From the NCBI GenBank assembly GCA_036676805.1, contig JAKFCD010000074.1:40072-104071 (forward strand): DNA of 64,000 bases, given 5' to 3'. Source of the stretch: Elusimicrobiota bacterium. Its GTDB lineage: Bacteria > Elusimicrobiota > Elusimicrobia > UBA1565 > UBA9628. How positions within the stretch are numbered: the stretch's first letter is position 1; each line of letters begins with the position of its first letter. The position numbers were made by a program, and so were the translations under genes. Of the stretch, positions 17,529-26,545 are shown in pieces. The notes beneath the pieces were generated by a model. That model saw only the letters and a list, made by a program, of their open reading frames with translations. It did no database searches and was not told where the DNA came from.

Positions 17529-19307
17529 CTAAGCGGGGTACTGGGCCATGACGGCTTCCGCGGCCCGGCGCGTCAGGGCGTGATAGGTCGGCGCGGCCTC
17601 GGCGAAGACCTTCCTCGCCAAGGCGCGTCCCGCGGGGGTCTTGCCCAGCGCCTGGTAGAGAGGGCGCACGTACTTCATGCGCCCGACGCGCCGCAGGAGC
17701 AGCCCGGCGCGGTCGAAGGCGGGCTCGTAGCCGTTGGCGGCGGCCAGGCAAAGCCACGCGCTGATGATCTCATGGTTGCCCCGGCCGGTCAGGCTCAGGG
17801 CGGAGTCGAGCCGGGCGCAGCCCTCGCGGCCGAGGTCCCGCGGCAGCTTCTGCAGGAAAACCAAGGTCTCATCGGGGCGCCACCCCGTCATCGCGGCGTC
17901 GCCGGCCGCCGGCGCCGTCTTCCACACTCGCGCCAGCGCGCTCAGCTCCTCGAGGCGGGCGGAGACGAAGCGCGGGGCGCCGTCGGGCAGCCCGGGACGG
18001 TCGAGCCAGGCGGGGGCGTCGACCCGGGCCAGCAGGCCGGGAAATACGGACTCGACGAAGGCGCAGAACTGCTCGGTGGTCACGCTCTGGAAGCGGAAGC
18101 GCTTCATGTAGGCCTTCACGAAGCGGTCGAACTCCTCCTCGCCGGCGGCCCGCTCCAGGGCGACGACGAAGCGCGCTCCCTTCTCGTAAGGCACGACGCT
18201 GAAGGCGTCGTCGGGGTCGATCCCGTCCAGATTCGTGCGCAGGCGGGTCAGCTCCGGCTTGCCGCGGAAGCGCTCGAGAGCCTCCTCGAGCTCCCGCTGA
18301 CCGATGCCCCAGGCCAGCGCGGCCGCCTCCTCGCCGTGCAGCGCCTTCAGTATCCGGCGTTCGGCCCAGACCGTGAAGCCCTCGTTGAGCCAGAAGTGCT
18401 CGGCCGTCGCGTTGGAGACCAGGTTGCCGGTCCAGCTGTGGGCCAGCTCGTGGGCCACGACGTCGACGAGGCTGCGGTCGCCGGCGAGCAAGGTGGGCGT
18501 GAGGAAGGTCATGCGCGGATTCTCCATTCCTCCATAAGGGAAGGACGGGGGGAGGACGAGCATGTCGTAGCGGTCCCAGTCGTAGGGCCCGAACAGCGCC
18601 TCGGCGCGCGCGATCATCGCCTCGGTGCCGGCGAACTCCCAGGCGGCGGCGGCGATGGTCGCGGGCTCGGCCCAGACCCGGCAGCGGGGGGAGAGATCTC
18701 GCCCCTCGAGCTCGCCGACGGCGAGCGCGAACAGGTAGCTCGGGATCGGCTGGGGCATGGCGAACTTGAAGGCATGCCCGCCGTCCTCGGCGGGGGCGTC
18801 GCCCGCGGGCCCGGCTCCCATCACGGCGGTCAGTCCCCGCGGCACCGTCACCTCCGCCTCATAGGTGACGCGCGCGACGGCGCTGTCCTGGCAGGGCAGC
18901 ACGCTTCGCGCGTGGATGGCCTGGCACTGGCTGAAAAGAAAGGGGCTGCGCTTGCCCTCGGTCTGCTCAGGCGATAGCCACTGCAGGCCGGCGGCCGCGG
19001 GGCTCGTTTCGTAGGTCAAGGTCACCGACTTGGTGTTCGCGGGAAGCTCGAGGCGTAGGCGGCGGCCGAGTATGGGCTCCTCGGGTCCGAGCTCGAGGGG
19101 GACCGGCGCGCCCGCGTCCGTGACGGCGCGCGCGACGCTCAGGCCTTTGGTGTCGAGATCGAGCGGCCCCTCGGCGGGCGCGTCGAAGACCACAGTCGCC
19201 TCGCCGCCGAGGACCTTCCGGTCGAAGTCCGCCCGCAGGCGCAGGCGCCAGCTCCGGGTGCGGGGCTGGGCGTCGTCGAAATAGGAGTGGGGGTCGATCC
19301 GGGCCAT
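17529..19307 (-). CDS. M1-family aminopeptidase (leukotriene A4 hydrolase/cold-active aminopeptidase-like)
   Basis: 592 aa. It has GGMENPRMTF, VVAHELAHSWTGNLV (HExxH) and WLNEGFTVW (the distal Glu), the hallmark M1 motifs. Confidence 0.9.
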   Translation of the reverse strand: MARIDPHSYFDDAQPRTRSWRLRLRADFDRKVLGGEATVVFDAPAEGPLDLDTKGLSVARAVTDAGAPVPLELGPEEPILGRRLRLELPANTKSVTLTYETSPAAAGLQWLSPEQTEGKRSPFLFSQCQAIHARSVLPCQDSAVARVTYEAEVTVPRGLTAVMGAGPAGDAPAEDGGHAFKFAMPQPIPSYLFALAVGELEGRDLSPRCRVWAEPATIAAAAWEFAGTEAMIARAEALFGPYDWDRYDMLVLPPSFPYGGMENPRMTFLTPTLLAGDRSLVDVVAHELAHSWTGNLVSNATAEHFWLNEGFTVWAERRILKALHGEEAAALAWGIGQRELEEALERFRGKPELTRLRTNLDGIDPDDAFSVVPYEKGARFVVALERAAGEEEFDRFVKAYMKRFRFQSVTTEQFCAFVESVFPGLLARVDAPAWLDRPGLPDGAPRFVSARLEELSALARVWKTAPAAGDAAMTGWRPDETLVFLQKLPRDLGREGCARLDSALSLTGRGNHEIISAWLCLAAANGYEPAFDRAGLLLRRVGRMKYVRPLYQALGKTPAGRALARKVFAEAAPTYHALTRRAAEAVMAQYPA

Positions 19308-19313
19308 GTCGGC

Positions 19314-19544
19314 TCAGGACGGGCAGCCGCCGCCGCCGCAAGGGCCGCGGCGTCCGCAGGGAGGGCTCGAGGGGGCGCTTTTTCCTTTAGAGGACACCTT
19401 GGGCACGCGGTCGCTGACGCGGACGATCTCGCCGCTCTGTTTATCGTAGCGGTAGGTGCCGGTCGCGGCTTCGTCGGCCGGGGCTTTGCGGGAACGCTTC
19501 GCGGGCTTGGTCGGCATGTTTTTGATTATACCTCGTATTCTCAT
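19314..19544 (-). CDS. small basic protein with a Cys/Gly-rich tail (hypothetical)
   Basis: 76 aa: MRIRGIIKNMPTKPAKRSRK...CGRRGPCGGGGCPS. GC3 is high. Its ATG overlaps the TGA of the GT39 gene (ATGA) and its stop is 6 nt before the aminopeptidase start. Confidence 0.4.
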   Translation of the reverse strand: MRIRGIIKNMPTKPAKRSRKAPADEAATGTYRYDKQSGEIVRVSDRVPKVSSKGKSAPSSPPCGRRGPCGGGGCPS

Positions 19545-21052
19545 CTTCGTTTCGCCCCTTCGGTTGGGCTCTTCGCGCCCAATGAGGTCCCGGCGAGCAG
19601 CGCGGCGACCTGCTCCCCCGTAGCGATCGACACCGCCGGGCCGCCGAGCCAGCGCTTTTCATCGAGCACGACGCAGGGGCCCAGCCGCCGCAGGCGAGCG
19701 CGCTCCAGCACCCCGTTATAGAGGGGCAGGCCGGGATAGTCGACGCCTTCGGCCGCCTCCGCGACGAGAAAGTGCGGGCGCTCGGGCAGATAGTAGCCCC
19801 GCATCGGCAGGTAGTAATAGGTGTCGAGATAGACGAGGGGAAGGCGCCGGTCGGTGCGGCGGATCGAATCGGCCAGGCCGCCCAGCCGGGGATCGACGAC
19901 GAGCCCCGAGATGAAATAGCCGACGGCTCCGGCAAGAACGAGCGCCCCGAGCGTCCGGCGCGCGGCCGAAGCGGCCCGGCCGCGCCGCGAGATCTCGAGC
20001 GCCGCGAGCAGGTAGAGGATCGGGGCGATCGGCGCGAAGTAGCGGGCCTGCGTCACGGGGCGCCCTAAGAAGAGCTCCGCCGCGGCGGTCAGGGCGACGA
20101 AGACGGCCGCGTGCCAGAGCAGAAAGTCGAGCGCGCGAAGCTCCGGCTCGTCGTCCTCGCGCCGGACGAGGCGAGCCGCGGCCAGGGCGGCCAGGGCCAA
20201 AACGAACGCTCCGATCGCGGGCACGAGCCAGGAGGGCAGGAGCAGGCCGAGGTAGGTGACGTCGAAGAACAGGGTTCCCAGCAAGCCGCATAAATGGCGA
20301 AAGGTGAGCGGGTCGCCGACGGCCAGGTCGCCTCGGTGCATGCCGAACTGCGCCATGAAGGATCCGAGCCAGGGCAGGAAGGCCGCCGCGACGCAGGCGT
20401 GCGCCGCGAGCCAGGCGCCCAGCTCCGGCGGCGAGCGCCGCCAGCGGCGCAGCAGCCAGGCCGCGTGGGCGGCGAGGATCAGCGCGAAATAATAATGAGC
20501 GTAGAGCCCGAGGACGGCGAGCGCGGCGTACCCCGCCCACAGCCGTCCCGTCGGGCGCCGCGCGAGCTCCCACGTCAGGAGCGCCTCGCACACGACGATC
20601 AGCGAGAGCAGGGCGTAGACGCGTCCGTCCTGCGAGAAGTGCAGCCAGTAGGACGACGCGGCCGCGAGGGCCAGGGCGATAAGGCGCGCGCGCTCGGGCA
20701 GCAGGCGCCCGGCCAGGCTCCAGAACGCGGCGAGAGCCCCGATCCCGCAGGCCGCGGAGAAGACGCGCAGGCCGATGCGCGGATCGGCGAAGAACGGAAG
20801 CCAGGCGTGCATCAGGAGGGAATACAGGGGCGGGCTGACCTCGAAGCGCAGGAGAAACGAGTGCAGGAGCGGCAGCGGCCGGCTCGCGACGAGCAGGCTG
20901 AGGGCCTCGTCGAACCACAAGGACCGGCTTCCGAGGAACGAGAGGCGCAGGGCGGCGCCGATGACGAGCGCGGCCATCGCCGGGGTGGCGCGAACGCGAA
21001 GGGCGCGGTCGAGGAGGGAGGGGGCGCCGGCGTTCGGCGGGACAGAACTCAC
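19541..21052 (-). CDS. glycosyltransferase family 39 (PMT/ArnT-like, GT-C fold) membrane protein
   Basis: 503 aa with a GTG start and about 11 TM helices. SLWFDEALSLLVA...YSLLMHAW is the typical GT39/ArnT N-terminal loop, including the DE motif. Confidence 0.8.
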   Translation of the reverse strand: MSSVPPNAGAPSLLDRALRVRATPAMAALVIGAALRLSFLGSRSLWFDEALSLLVASRPLPLLHSFLLRFEVSPPLYSLLMHAWLPFFADPRIGLRVFSAACGIGALAAFWSLAGRLLPERARLIALALAAASSYWLHFSQDGRVYALLSLIVVCEALLTWELARRPTGRLWAGYAALAVLGLYAHYYFALILAAHAAWLLRRWRRSPPELGAWLAAHACVAAAFLPWLGSFMAQFGMHRGDLAVGDPLTFRHLCGLLGTLFFDVTYLGLLLPSWLVPAIGAFVLALAALAAARLVRREDDEPELRALDFLLWHAAVFVALTAAAELFLGRPVTQARYFAPIAPILYLLAALEISRRGRAASAARRTLGALVLAGAVGYFISGLVVDPRLGGLADSIRRTDRRLPLVYLDTYYYLPMRGYYLPERPHFLVAEAAEGVDYPGLPLYNGVLERARLRRLGPCVVLDEKRWLGGPAVSIATGEQVAALLAGTSLGAKSPTEGAKRR

Positions 21053-21053
21053 G

Positions 21054-22421
21054 GTGGGATTATGTCAAAATACCGTCGTGAGGCTCTCCGTCGTCATTCC
21101 CGCCTATAACGAGGAGGACCGCCTCCCCGCGACCTTGGAGAGGGTTCGGCGCCGCGTCGGCGCCTCGGGCTGCGAGATCATCGTCGTCGACGACGGCAGC
21201 CTCGACCGGACCGCCGCCGTGGCCGAGAGCATGGGCGCTTCGGTGCTGCGGCTTGGGAAGAACGGCGGACGCGGCGCGGCCGTCCGGGCGGGGGTCGGGG
21301 CCGCGCGCGGCGAGCTCGTCCTGGAGATGGACGCCGACGGCAGCGTGGACGCGGAAGCCATCACCCGCTTCGCCGAGTATTTCGAGCGGCATCCGGGCGT
21401 GGACGTGCTCATCGGCAGCCGCAACGCCCGCGGCTCCGTCGTCGTCGTGCCGCAGCCTTTTTTGCGCGTTTTCCTGGGCGGCTGCTTCCTTCTCGCCGCC
21501 AAGGCACTCTTCGGCTGGGACGTCACGGACTACACGCTCGGCTTCAAGATGTTCCGCAAGGAGGCGGCCGGCGACGTCATGCGCCATCAGTTCGACGCGG
21601 GATTCCTCGCCGAGGCCGAGCTCGTGGTGGCGGCTCGGGGCCGCGGGTGGCGCACCCAGGAGCTGCCCGTGCGCTGGGCCGAGCACGGCAACTCGAAGGT
21701 CCGGCCTTGGCGGGAGTCGTGGCGCTCGCTGCGGGGCCTGGCCGCCCTCGTCGCCCGCTCGCTGCGCGGCGCCTACGATCCGGACCCGGGCGGGCAGTCC
21801 TTCTCGGCCGCCAAGCGGCGGACGACGGGGCTATATCGCGGCCTCGGGTGGCCGTCGCTGTTCGCCCGGATCCGCTTCTTCACGGCGCCGTACGGCGGGC
21901 TCGAGCCGCACGTGCCGCGCGAGGGCCTCATCGTCGATCTCGGCTGCGGGTATGGGACGTTCTCGAATCTATTGGGGCTCATGGGGCCGGGCCGGCGCGT
22001 CGTGGGCCTCGACCTCGACGAGGCGAAGCTCAGGCACGCGCCGCGCGGCCTCGGCAACGTGACCTTCCTCGGCGGCGACATCCGGACGGCCGTGACCGAG
22101 CCGGCCGACGCCATTCTGCTGATCCACGTGCTCCATCACCTGGGCTCCTACGAGGAGCAGGAGCCGCTCCTCGCCTCCTGCCGTCAAAAGCTGAAGCCGG
22201 GAGGGCGCCTCGTCGTCTGCGAGGTCGACCGGCGGCCCTACGCCAAGTACCTGCTCGGCCTGCTCGCCGACACCTTGCTCTATCCCGGCGACGACATCTT
22301 CTACCGCTTCCCCGGCGAGCTCGCGCCGATCATCGAGAGCTGCGGCTTCCGGGTCGACACGATGCGCAGCGACGCGGGAACGCCTTTCGCCCACGTCACC
22401 TACGTCGCCGTCAAGCGCTAG
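21054..22421 (+). CDS. fusion protein: GT2 polyprenol-phosphate glycosyltransferase (Ppm1/DPM1-like) domain plus C-terminal class I SAM methyltransferase domain
   Basis: LSVVIPAYNEEDRLPATL...VVDDGSLDRT...EMDADGS is GT2. IVDLGCGYGTFS...LKPGGRLVV is the MT domain. The start is GTG 21054 (or GTG 21078), 1 bp from the divergent GT39 start. The table ORF start 20775 is rejected because it overlaps the GT39 gene. Confidence 0.75.
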   Translation: MGLCQNTVVRLSVVIPAYNEEDRLPATLERVRRRVGASGCEIIVVDDGSLDRTAAVAESMGASVLRLGKNGGRGAAVRAGVGAARGELVLEMDADGSVDAEAITRFAEYFERHPGVDVLIGSRNARGSVVVVPQPFLRVFLGGCFLLAAKALFGWDVTDYTLGFKMFRKEAAGDVMRHQFDAGFLAEAELVVAARGRGWRTQELPVRWAEHGNSKVRPWRESWRSLRGLAALVARSLRGAYDPDPGGQSFSAAKRRTTGLYRGLGWPSLFARIRFFTAPYGGLEPHVPREGLIVDLGCGYGTFSNLLGLMGPGRRVVGLDLDEAKLRHAPRGLGNVTFLGGDIRTAVTEPADAILLIHVLHHLGSYEEQEPLLASCRQKLKPGGRLVVCEVDRRPYAKYLLGLLADTLLYPGDDIFYRFPGELAPIIESCGFRVDTMRSDAGTPFAHVTYVAVKR

Positions 22422-22425
22422 CTTC

Positions 22426-24780
22426 CTACTGCGCGCTGACCTTGTAGACGATCCCGCGGCGCAGGACCGTCACCTCGGAGCCGAGCGCGAAGTAGCGCGC
22501 GAGTCCGGGGTCCTTGGACAGCAGGTCGAAATACGCGGCGCCGCTCGCCGCCACCGCGACCGTGCGCCGCGACGAGGCCTCCGGGGCCTCGGCGTCCGCG
22601 TCCACCCAGGTTTCGCCGCGCTTGTAGAAGGTCTTGCCCCCGACCGTGCGGGTCTCCACCGAGGAAAACCCCTTGCTCCTGTTCTCGTCGCGGGCCTTCT
22701 TTTCGAGCTTGGCCAGCATGATCCCCGGGGCCGCCGGGGCGGCCCCGCGCAGGGCGGCGACCGAGGAGGGGGCGCCTTTCATCGCGCCGAAGGCCATCGA
22801 GTCGGACTGGGCCTCGGCCGCCGCGCCGGAGCCGCCGAAGAAGCCGCTTCGCGCCGCGTTGGACGACAGCATGTCGAACCGGCGCCGGCCCTCCCGCTCG
22901 GCCAAGCGCATGTCCGTGCCTTCCTCGGTGACGAGAAACGAAGTGTAGGGCGTCACGATCCCGTGCTTCTTGGCCAGGCGCACGATGGAGGAGACGACCT
23001 CCGGGTCGGCCGGGCGCCCGGAGAGGCGGATCATGTCGAGCTCGTGGCCGATCTTCTGCGAGGCCCACAGACGGGGCAGGAAGGCGTGGCGCGAGGCCTC
23101 GGCGGGCAGCTCCACCGGGAACTCGAAGCGCATGGGCTTGCCGTTGGCCTTGCCCGTCACCGCGACGGTCCCTTTGCCGCCGGCGCGGAAGCGCCCGTAC
23201 AGCGCCAGCTCGCCGCCGTGGAACAGGTCGGGCACGGGCTTGGGGAAGACCTGGTCGACCTCGACGCCGTTCCACGCGACCTTCACGTCGGTCAGCGCCG
23301 GGCGGGAGACCTTCTGATAGAGGGAGGAGACCTTGGCCTCGATGTCCTCGTTGGGCGCCACGTAGTCGCGGGCCCCGCGGCCGGCCTCGGCCAGTTTGTC
23401 GAGGAGCAAGGTGTTCACGTCCGAGCCCACGCCGAAGGAGAAGACGCGGGCGCGCAGGGAGGCGTTGTCCGCGGCGGCCTTGCGCAGGATCGCGCCGGGG
23501 TCGGTCTGGCCGATCGTGGGGACGCCGTCGGTCAGGAAGAACAGCATCGGCGCGGCTCCGCCCGCCGTGTTGAGGAGCTTGAGTCCCCGGTCGAGGCCGG
23601 CCTCGATGTTGGTGCCGCCCGCGGCCTCGATGCGCTCGATGTAGCGCCTGGCCCGGGCCTTGTTCTCGGGCGTCGCGACGAGCAGGGCGCCTTCCTCGAG
23701 CGCGTTCCAGTCGGTCGCGAAGTCCACCACGCCGAAGCGGTCCTGCGGATTTAGGCGGTCGACGCACCACGCCAGCGCCTTCTTGGCCTGGTCCATCTTG
23801 CCGCCCTCGGTCATCGAGCCGGAGCGGTCCACGACGAACACGACGGCCTTCGGCGCGGCCTTGGCCTCGGCCTCGATCTTGGGCGACAGGGTCAGCAGGA
23901 AGGTGCCGTCCTCGCCGCTCTCGCGGTAGGCGAGCACGCCGGCCGCGAGCGGGTCCTCGCGCATCGAGAAGGTCAGCGCCAGGTCCTGGGGACCCGAGGA
24001 CCCCTCCTCGAAGGAGACCGACGCCTTGCGTTCGCCCTCCCGGACGATCCTTGTTTCGGCGTTTGATGAAATTATCGTGCGAAGGGGGCGCGTCGTGTTC
24101 AGCACGATGCGCGCCGAGGCCTTGCCGCCCTCGCCCTGGGTGAAGCGCGCCGAACGCATCGGCACGGACAGGGAGACGAGCCCGCCGTTCTTGGCCAAGG
24201 TCTGCGTCATCTTGAGCGTCGCGACGATCTCGCCGCGAGGCTCGATGGGGAACACCTTCGCGCGGAACATGCGCTCGCCGATGAGCTCGAGCAGCCCGGG
24301 GTCGATGGCGCGGCTGACGATGCTCTGGTAGATGGAGGCCGCCTGCGCCGCCTCGAGCAGCTCGCCCTTGGTCTCCTTGCCGCCGATCACCATCGAGAAC
24401 CCCGAGAGCGAGGCGTCGGCGGGCAGCGGCACCATCAGCACGCCCTCGAGGCGGCGGTCGGTGGGGTTGCGGAAGACGATGCGGTAGGACAGCTCGGCCA
24501 CCTGGTCCGTGATCGTGCCCTCGACATGATAGGCGGCCATCGTGACCGGCGAGGCCTCGGGGGGGAGCACCGGCGAGGGGCGCGGCCCGGGGATGGGCAG
24601 CGGCCGCGGAAGCGGATGGGGACGGGGCCCCGGCAAGAGCGGATGGGGCATGGGCATTCCGGGCAGGAAGGAGCGCAGGGCGGAGCTTGCGGCGCCGATG
24701 GGCCAGGCGAGCAGCTGCTGCGACGAGGCGGGCGCGGCGAGGCCGAGAACGAGCAGGACGGACAGGGCGTGGCGTTTCAT
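22426..24780 (-). CDS. secreted VIT (vault protein inter-alpha-trypsin) plus von Willebrand factor A domain protein
   Basis: The start is at MKRHALSVLLVLGLAAPASSQQ, a signal peptide. It carries a proline-rich linker and a VIT region. The VWA MIDAS motif reads VVFVVDRSGSMTEGGKMDQAKKAL. The 56-aa upstream extension in the table is rejected. Confidence 0.8.
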   Translation of the reverse strand: MKRHALSVLLVLGLAAPASSQQLLAWPIGAASSALRSFLPGMPMPHPLLPGPRPHPLPRPLPIPGPRPSPVLPPEASPVTMAAYHVEGTITDQVAELSYRIVFRNPTDRRLEGVLMVPLPADASLSGFSMVIGGKETKGELLEAAQAASIYQSIVSRAIDPGLLELIGERMFRAKVFPIEPRGEIVATLKMTQTLAKNGGLVSLSVPMRSARFTQGEGGKASARIVLNTTRPLRTIISSNAETRIVREGERKASVSFEEGSSGPQDLALTFSMREDPLAAGVLAYRESGEDGTFLLTLSPKIEAEAKAAPKAVVFVVDRSGSMTEGGKMDQAKKALAWCVDRLNPQDRFGVVDFATDWNALEEGALLVATPENKARARRYIERIEAAGGTNIEAGLDRGLKLLNTAGGAAPMLFFLTDGVPTIGQTDPGAILRKAAADNASLRARVFSFGVGSDVNTLLLDKLAEAGRGARDYVAPNEDIEAKVSSLYQKVSRPALTDVKVAWNGVEVDQVFPKPVPDLFHGGELALYGRFRAGGKGTVAVTGKANGKPMRFEFPVELPAEASRHAFLPRLWASQKIGHELDMIRLSGRPADPEVVSSIVRLAKKHGIVTPYTSFLVTEEGTDMRLAEREGRRRFDMLSSNAARSGFFGGSGAAAEAQSDSMAFGAMKGAPSSVAALRGAAPAAPGIMLAKLEKKARDENRSKGFSSVETRTVGGKTFYKRGETWVDADAEAPEASSRRTVAVAASGAAYFDLLSKDPGLARYFALGSEVTVLRRGIVYKVSAQ

Positions 24781-24831
24781 GTGAGCTCCTCCGTAACGAG
24801 GAGTACGACACGCCCGGCGGGATAAGGTTCC

Positions 24832-24850
24832 AACTGTTTCCAGAAACAGT
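24832..24850. promoter_or_regulatory. palindromic motif aaCTGTttccagaaACAGt (CTGT-N8-ACAG), copy 1
   Basis: It is located 52 nt upstream of the VIT-VWA start and 27 nt after the anti-sigma stop. It is identical over 18 bp to the reverse complement of 61332..61350. Confidence 0.5.
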
Positions 24851-24877
24851 CGGCGCCGTCCCCGACTCGGAAGGGCG

Positions 24878-26011
24878 TTATTCGGCGAGCTTGACGACGA
24901 CCGGCTTGGAGGAAAGCGCCGCGGGGCGCACGCGGGCGGAGGGATCATCGAAGCCTGAGGCCTTATAAAGGACCACCAGGAGCTTCTTTCGGTTCTGGAT
25001 GCCCGTGATGCCGCAGCCCTCGGGTCCGGCGAGGAAGACCGCCATCTGCTCGGGGAATTTCACCGCCGGCGGCTCGCCCGGCAGCCCGGCGGCGGCCCAG
25101 GCGGCCGCGAGCGCTTCGGCGCTCTTGAGCGTGAGGGCCTTCACGGCCGGAGCCCCGGCCTTGGACCGGGCGGCGCCCCTCACGGCGGCGATGGAGGGGC
25201 GGCCCTCGACGCGGGCCGCCTCGGGGGAGGCTTGCAGCGCCATGAACTCGCGCCCGCCGGAGGGCAGCCTGTCCGAGCCCTCGTCGCGGTCCATGATCTT
25301 GGCGATGCCCATGCGCTTCTTCTCCTCCTCGAAGCCCTTGTAGAGCCGCTCGTTGATGGCGGAGCGCTCCTCCTCGCTGCGGGCGAGCAGGGCGCCTCCG
25401 CCCGCGCCGGGCGCGGGAGCCGCGGCTTCGTCGATCTCGAGCGGCTTGCCCGGAGCGCTGAGGTTCTTGCCGACGGTCGAAGGCGCCGCGGGCTTGTCGT
25501 CGGCCGCGTCCTCCTTCTTCGCCTGGAGCTCTTGGGGCTCCGCCGCGCTTTCGGGGACGCCCTTGCCGCCGGCGCCCATGGCCGACAGCGCGCCGCTGAC
25601 GTCGATCGAGGGGGGCGCGTCCGCGGCGCTCTTGACCGAGACGACCTCGCTGTCCCAGCCCGCGCGCGGCTCCAGGACGTCGGGCTTGCTTAAAGTCCGG
25701 TCCCAGACGACGAGTGCCACCACCGCGGTCGACAGCGCGAAGGCGAGGGGGCGGTAGGAGGGCGGCAGGATGAAGTATTCTCGTTCGGGGGCGACGTCGC
25801 GGGCGCGGCGGGCGTCCAGGCGCGCGGCGAAGCCGGCGGGCAGCGGCTCCTTGGGCAGCCCCTTGACCGCCGAGGAGACGGCGCGCAGGCCCTCGAGCTC
25901 GAGGCGCAGCTCCTCCGAGCGCGAGATCTCCACCTCGACGGCCCGGCGCTCGGCGTCGGGAAGCGCGCCGTCGAGATAGGCGGACAGCTTTTCGCGGATG
26001 TCGTCGTTCAT
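24878..26011 (-). CDS. anti-sigma factor (zf-HC2/RskA-like N-domain, one TM helix, periplasmic C-domain)
   Basis: The start MNDDIREKLSAYLDGALPDAERRAVE overlaps the sigma-gene stop (ATGA). The TM helix is LAFALSTAVVALVVW. Total length is 377 aa. Confidence 0.8.
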   Translation of the reverse strand: MNDDIREKLSAYLDGALPDAERRAVEVEISRSEELRLELEGLRAVSSAVKGLPKEPLPAGFAARLDARRARDVAPEREYFILPPSYRPLAFALSTAVVALVVWDRTLSKPDVLEPRAGWDSEVVSVKSAADAPPSIDVSGALSAMGAGGKGVPESAAEPQELQAKKEDAADDKPAAPSTVGKNLSAPGKPLEIDEAAAPAPGAGGGALLARSEEERSAINERLYKGFEEEKKRMGIAKIMDRDEGSDRLPSGGREFMALQASPEAARVEGRPSIAAVRGAARSKAGAPAVKALTLKSAEALAAAWAAAGLPGEPPAVKFPEQMAVFLAGPEGCGITGIQNRKKLLVVLYKASGFDDPSARVRPAALSSKPVVVKLAE

Positions 26012-26538
26012 GCGGATACCTTGTCGAGCAGGACCTTGAGCTTGGCGCGGGCGCGGAACAGGCGCGACTTGACGGTGCCCTCGGCGAGGCCTAAAACCTC
26101 GCCGATCTCGGCGTAGGAGCGTTCCTCGAGCTCGCGCAGGACGACGATGGCCCGGTCGTCCTGATCGAGCTGAAGCAAGGCTTTCTGCACCACGGCGTTC
26201 GTTCCCTCCTTTTCGAGCTCCGTATCGAGCGGGGCGTCGTTTCCTTTCGGCTCGTACACCGGCTCGTCGTCTTCCTCGTTCCCGAACGCCCCGAACGAGA
26301 TCGTCTTCCAGAATCCCCGGCTCTTCTCGGCCCGCACCCGGTTCTTCCAGGTGTTGACCGTGATGGTGTACACCCACGTCGAAAGCTTGCTGTCGCCCCG
26401 GAACTTGGGCAGGGCGCGCAGGGCCCGGATCAGGGCGTCCTGCGCCAGGTCCTCGGCGTCGGAGCGGTTCCCCGTGAGCCGCAGCGCCACGTTGAACACG
26501 AGCTGACTATGTTCCTCGAGGAACTGAGACTCCGGCAT
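26008..26538 (-). CDS. RNA polymerase ECF-type sigma-70 family sigma factor
   Basis: 176 aa. Region 2 reads LVFNVALRLTGNRSDAEDLAQDALIRA. Region 4 reads LRELEERSYAEIGEVLGLAEGTVKSRLFRARAKL. Confidence 0.9.
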   Translation of the reverse strand: MPESQFLEEHSQLVFNVALRLTGNRSDAEDLAQDALIRALRALPKFRGDSKLSTWVYTITVNTWKNRVRAEKSRGFWKTISFGAFGNEEDDEPVYEPKGNDAPLDTELEKEGTNAVVQKALLQLDQDDRAIVVLRELEERSYAEIGEVLGLAEGTVKSRLFRARAKLKVLLDKVSA

Positions 26539-26545
26539 CGGCTGA

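Noticed and set aside
20775-21053. Upstream part of the GT2-MT table ORF
   Set aside because: It would overlap about 280 nt of the divergent GT39 gene. The GT2 domain begins right after GTG 21054.
24832-24850. Calling the CTGT-N8-ACAG palindromes bona fide LexA/SOS boxes
   Set aside because: The fit to the E. coli-type consensus is good. However, the flanking genes are not DNA-repair genes, the lineage's LexA box type is unknown, and both copies sit beside terminator-like hairpins. I report them as an unexplained repeated palindrome instead.
22426-24948. 56-aa N-terminal extension of the VIT-VWA ORF and 122-aa extension of the anti-sigma ORF (24878..26377)
   Set aside because: The extensions are Arg/Pro-rich and run through intergenic or upstream-gene sequence. 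Internal Mets give a signal peptide (VIT-VWA) or an ATGA-coupled start with the canonical anti-sigma N-terminus.
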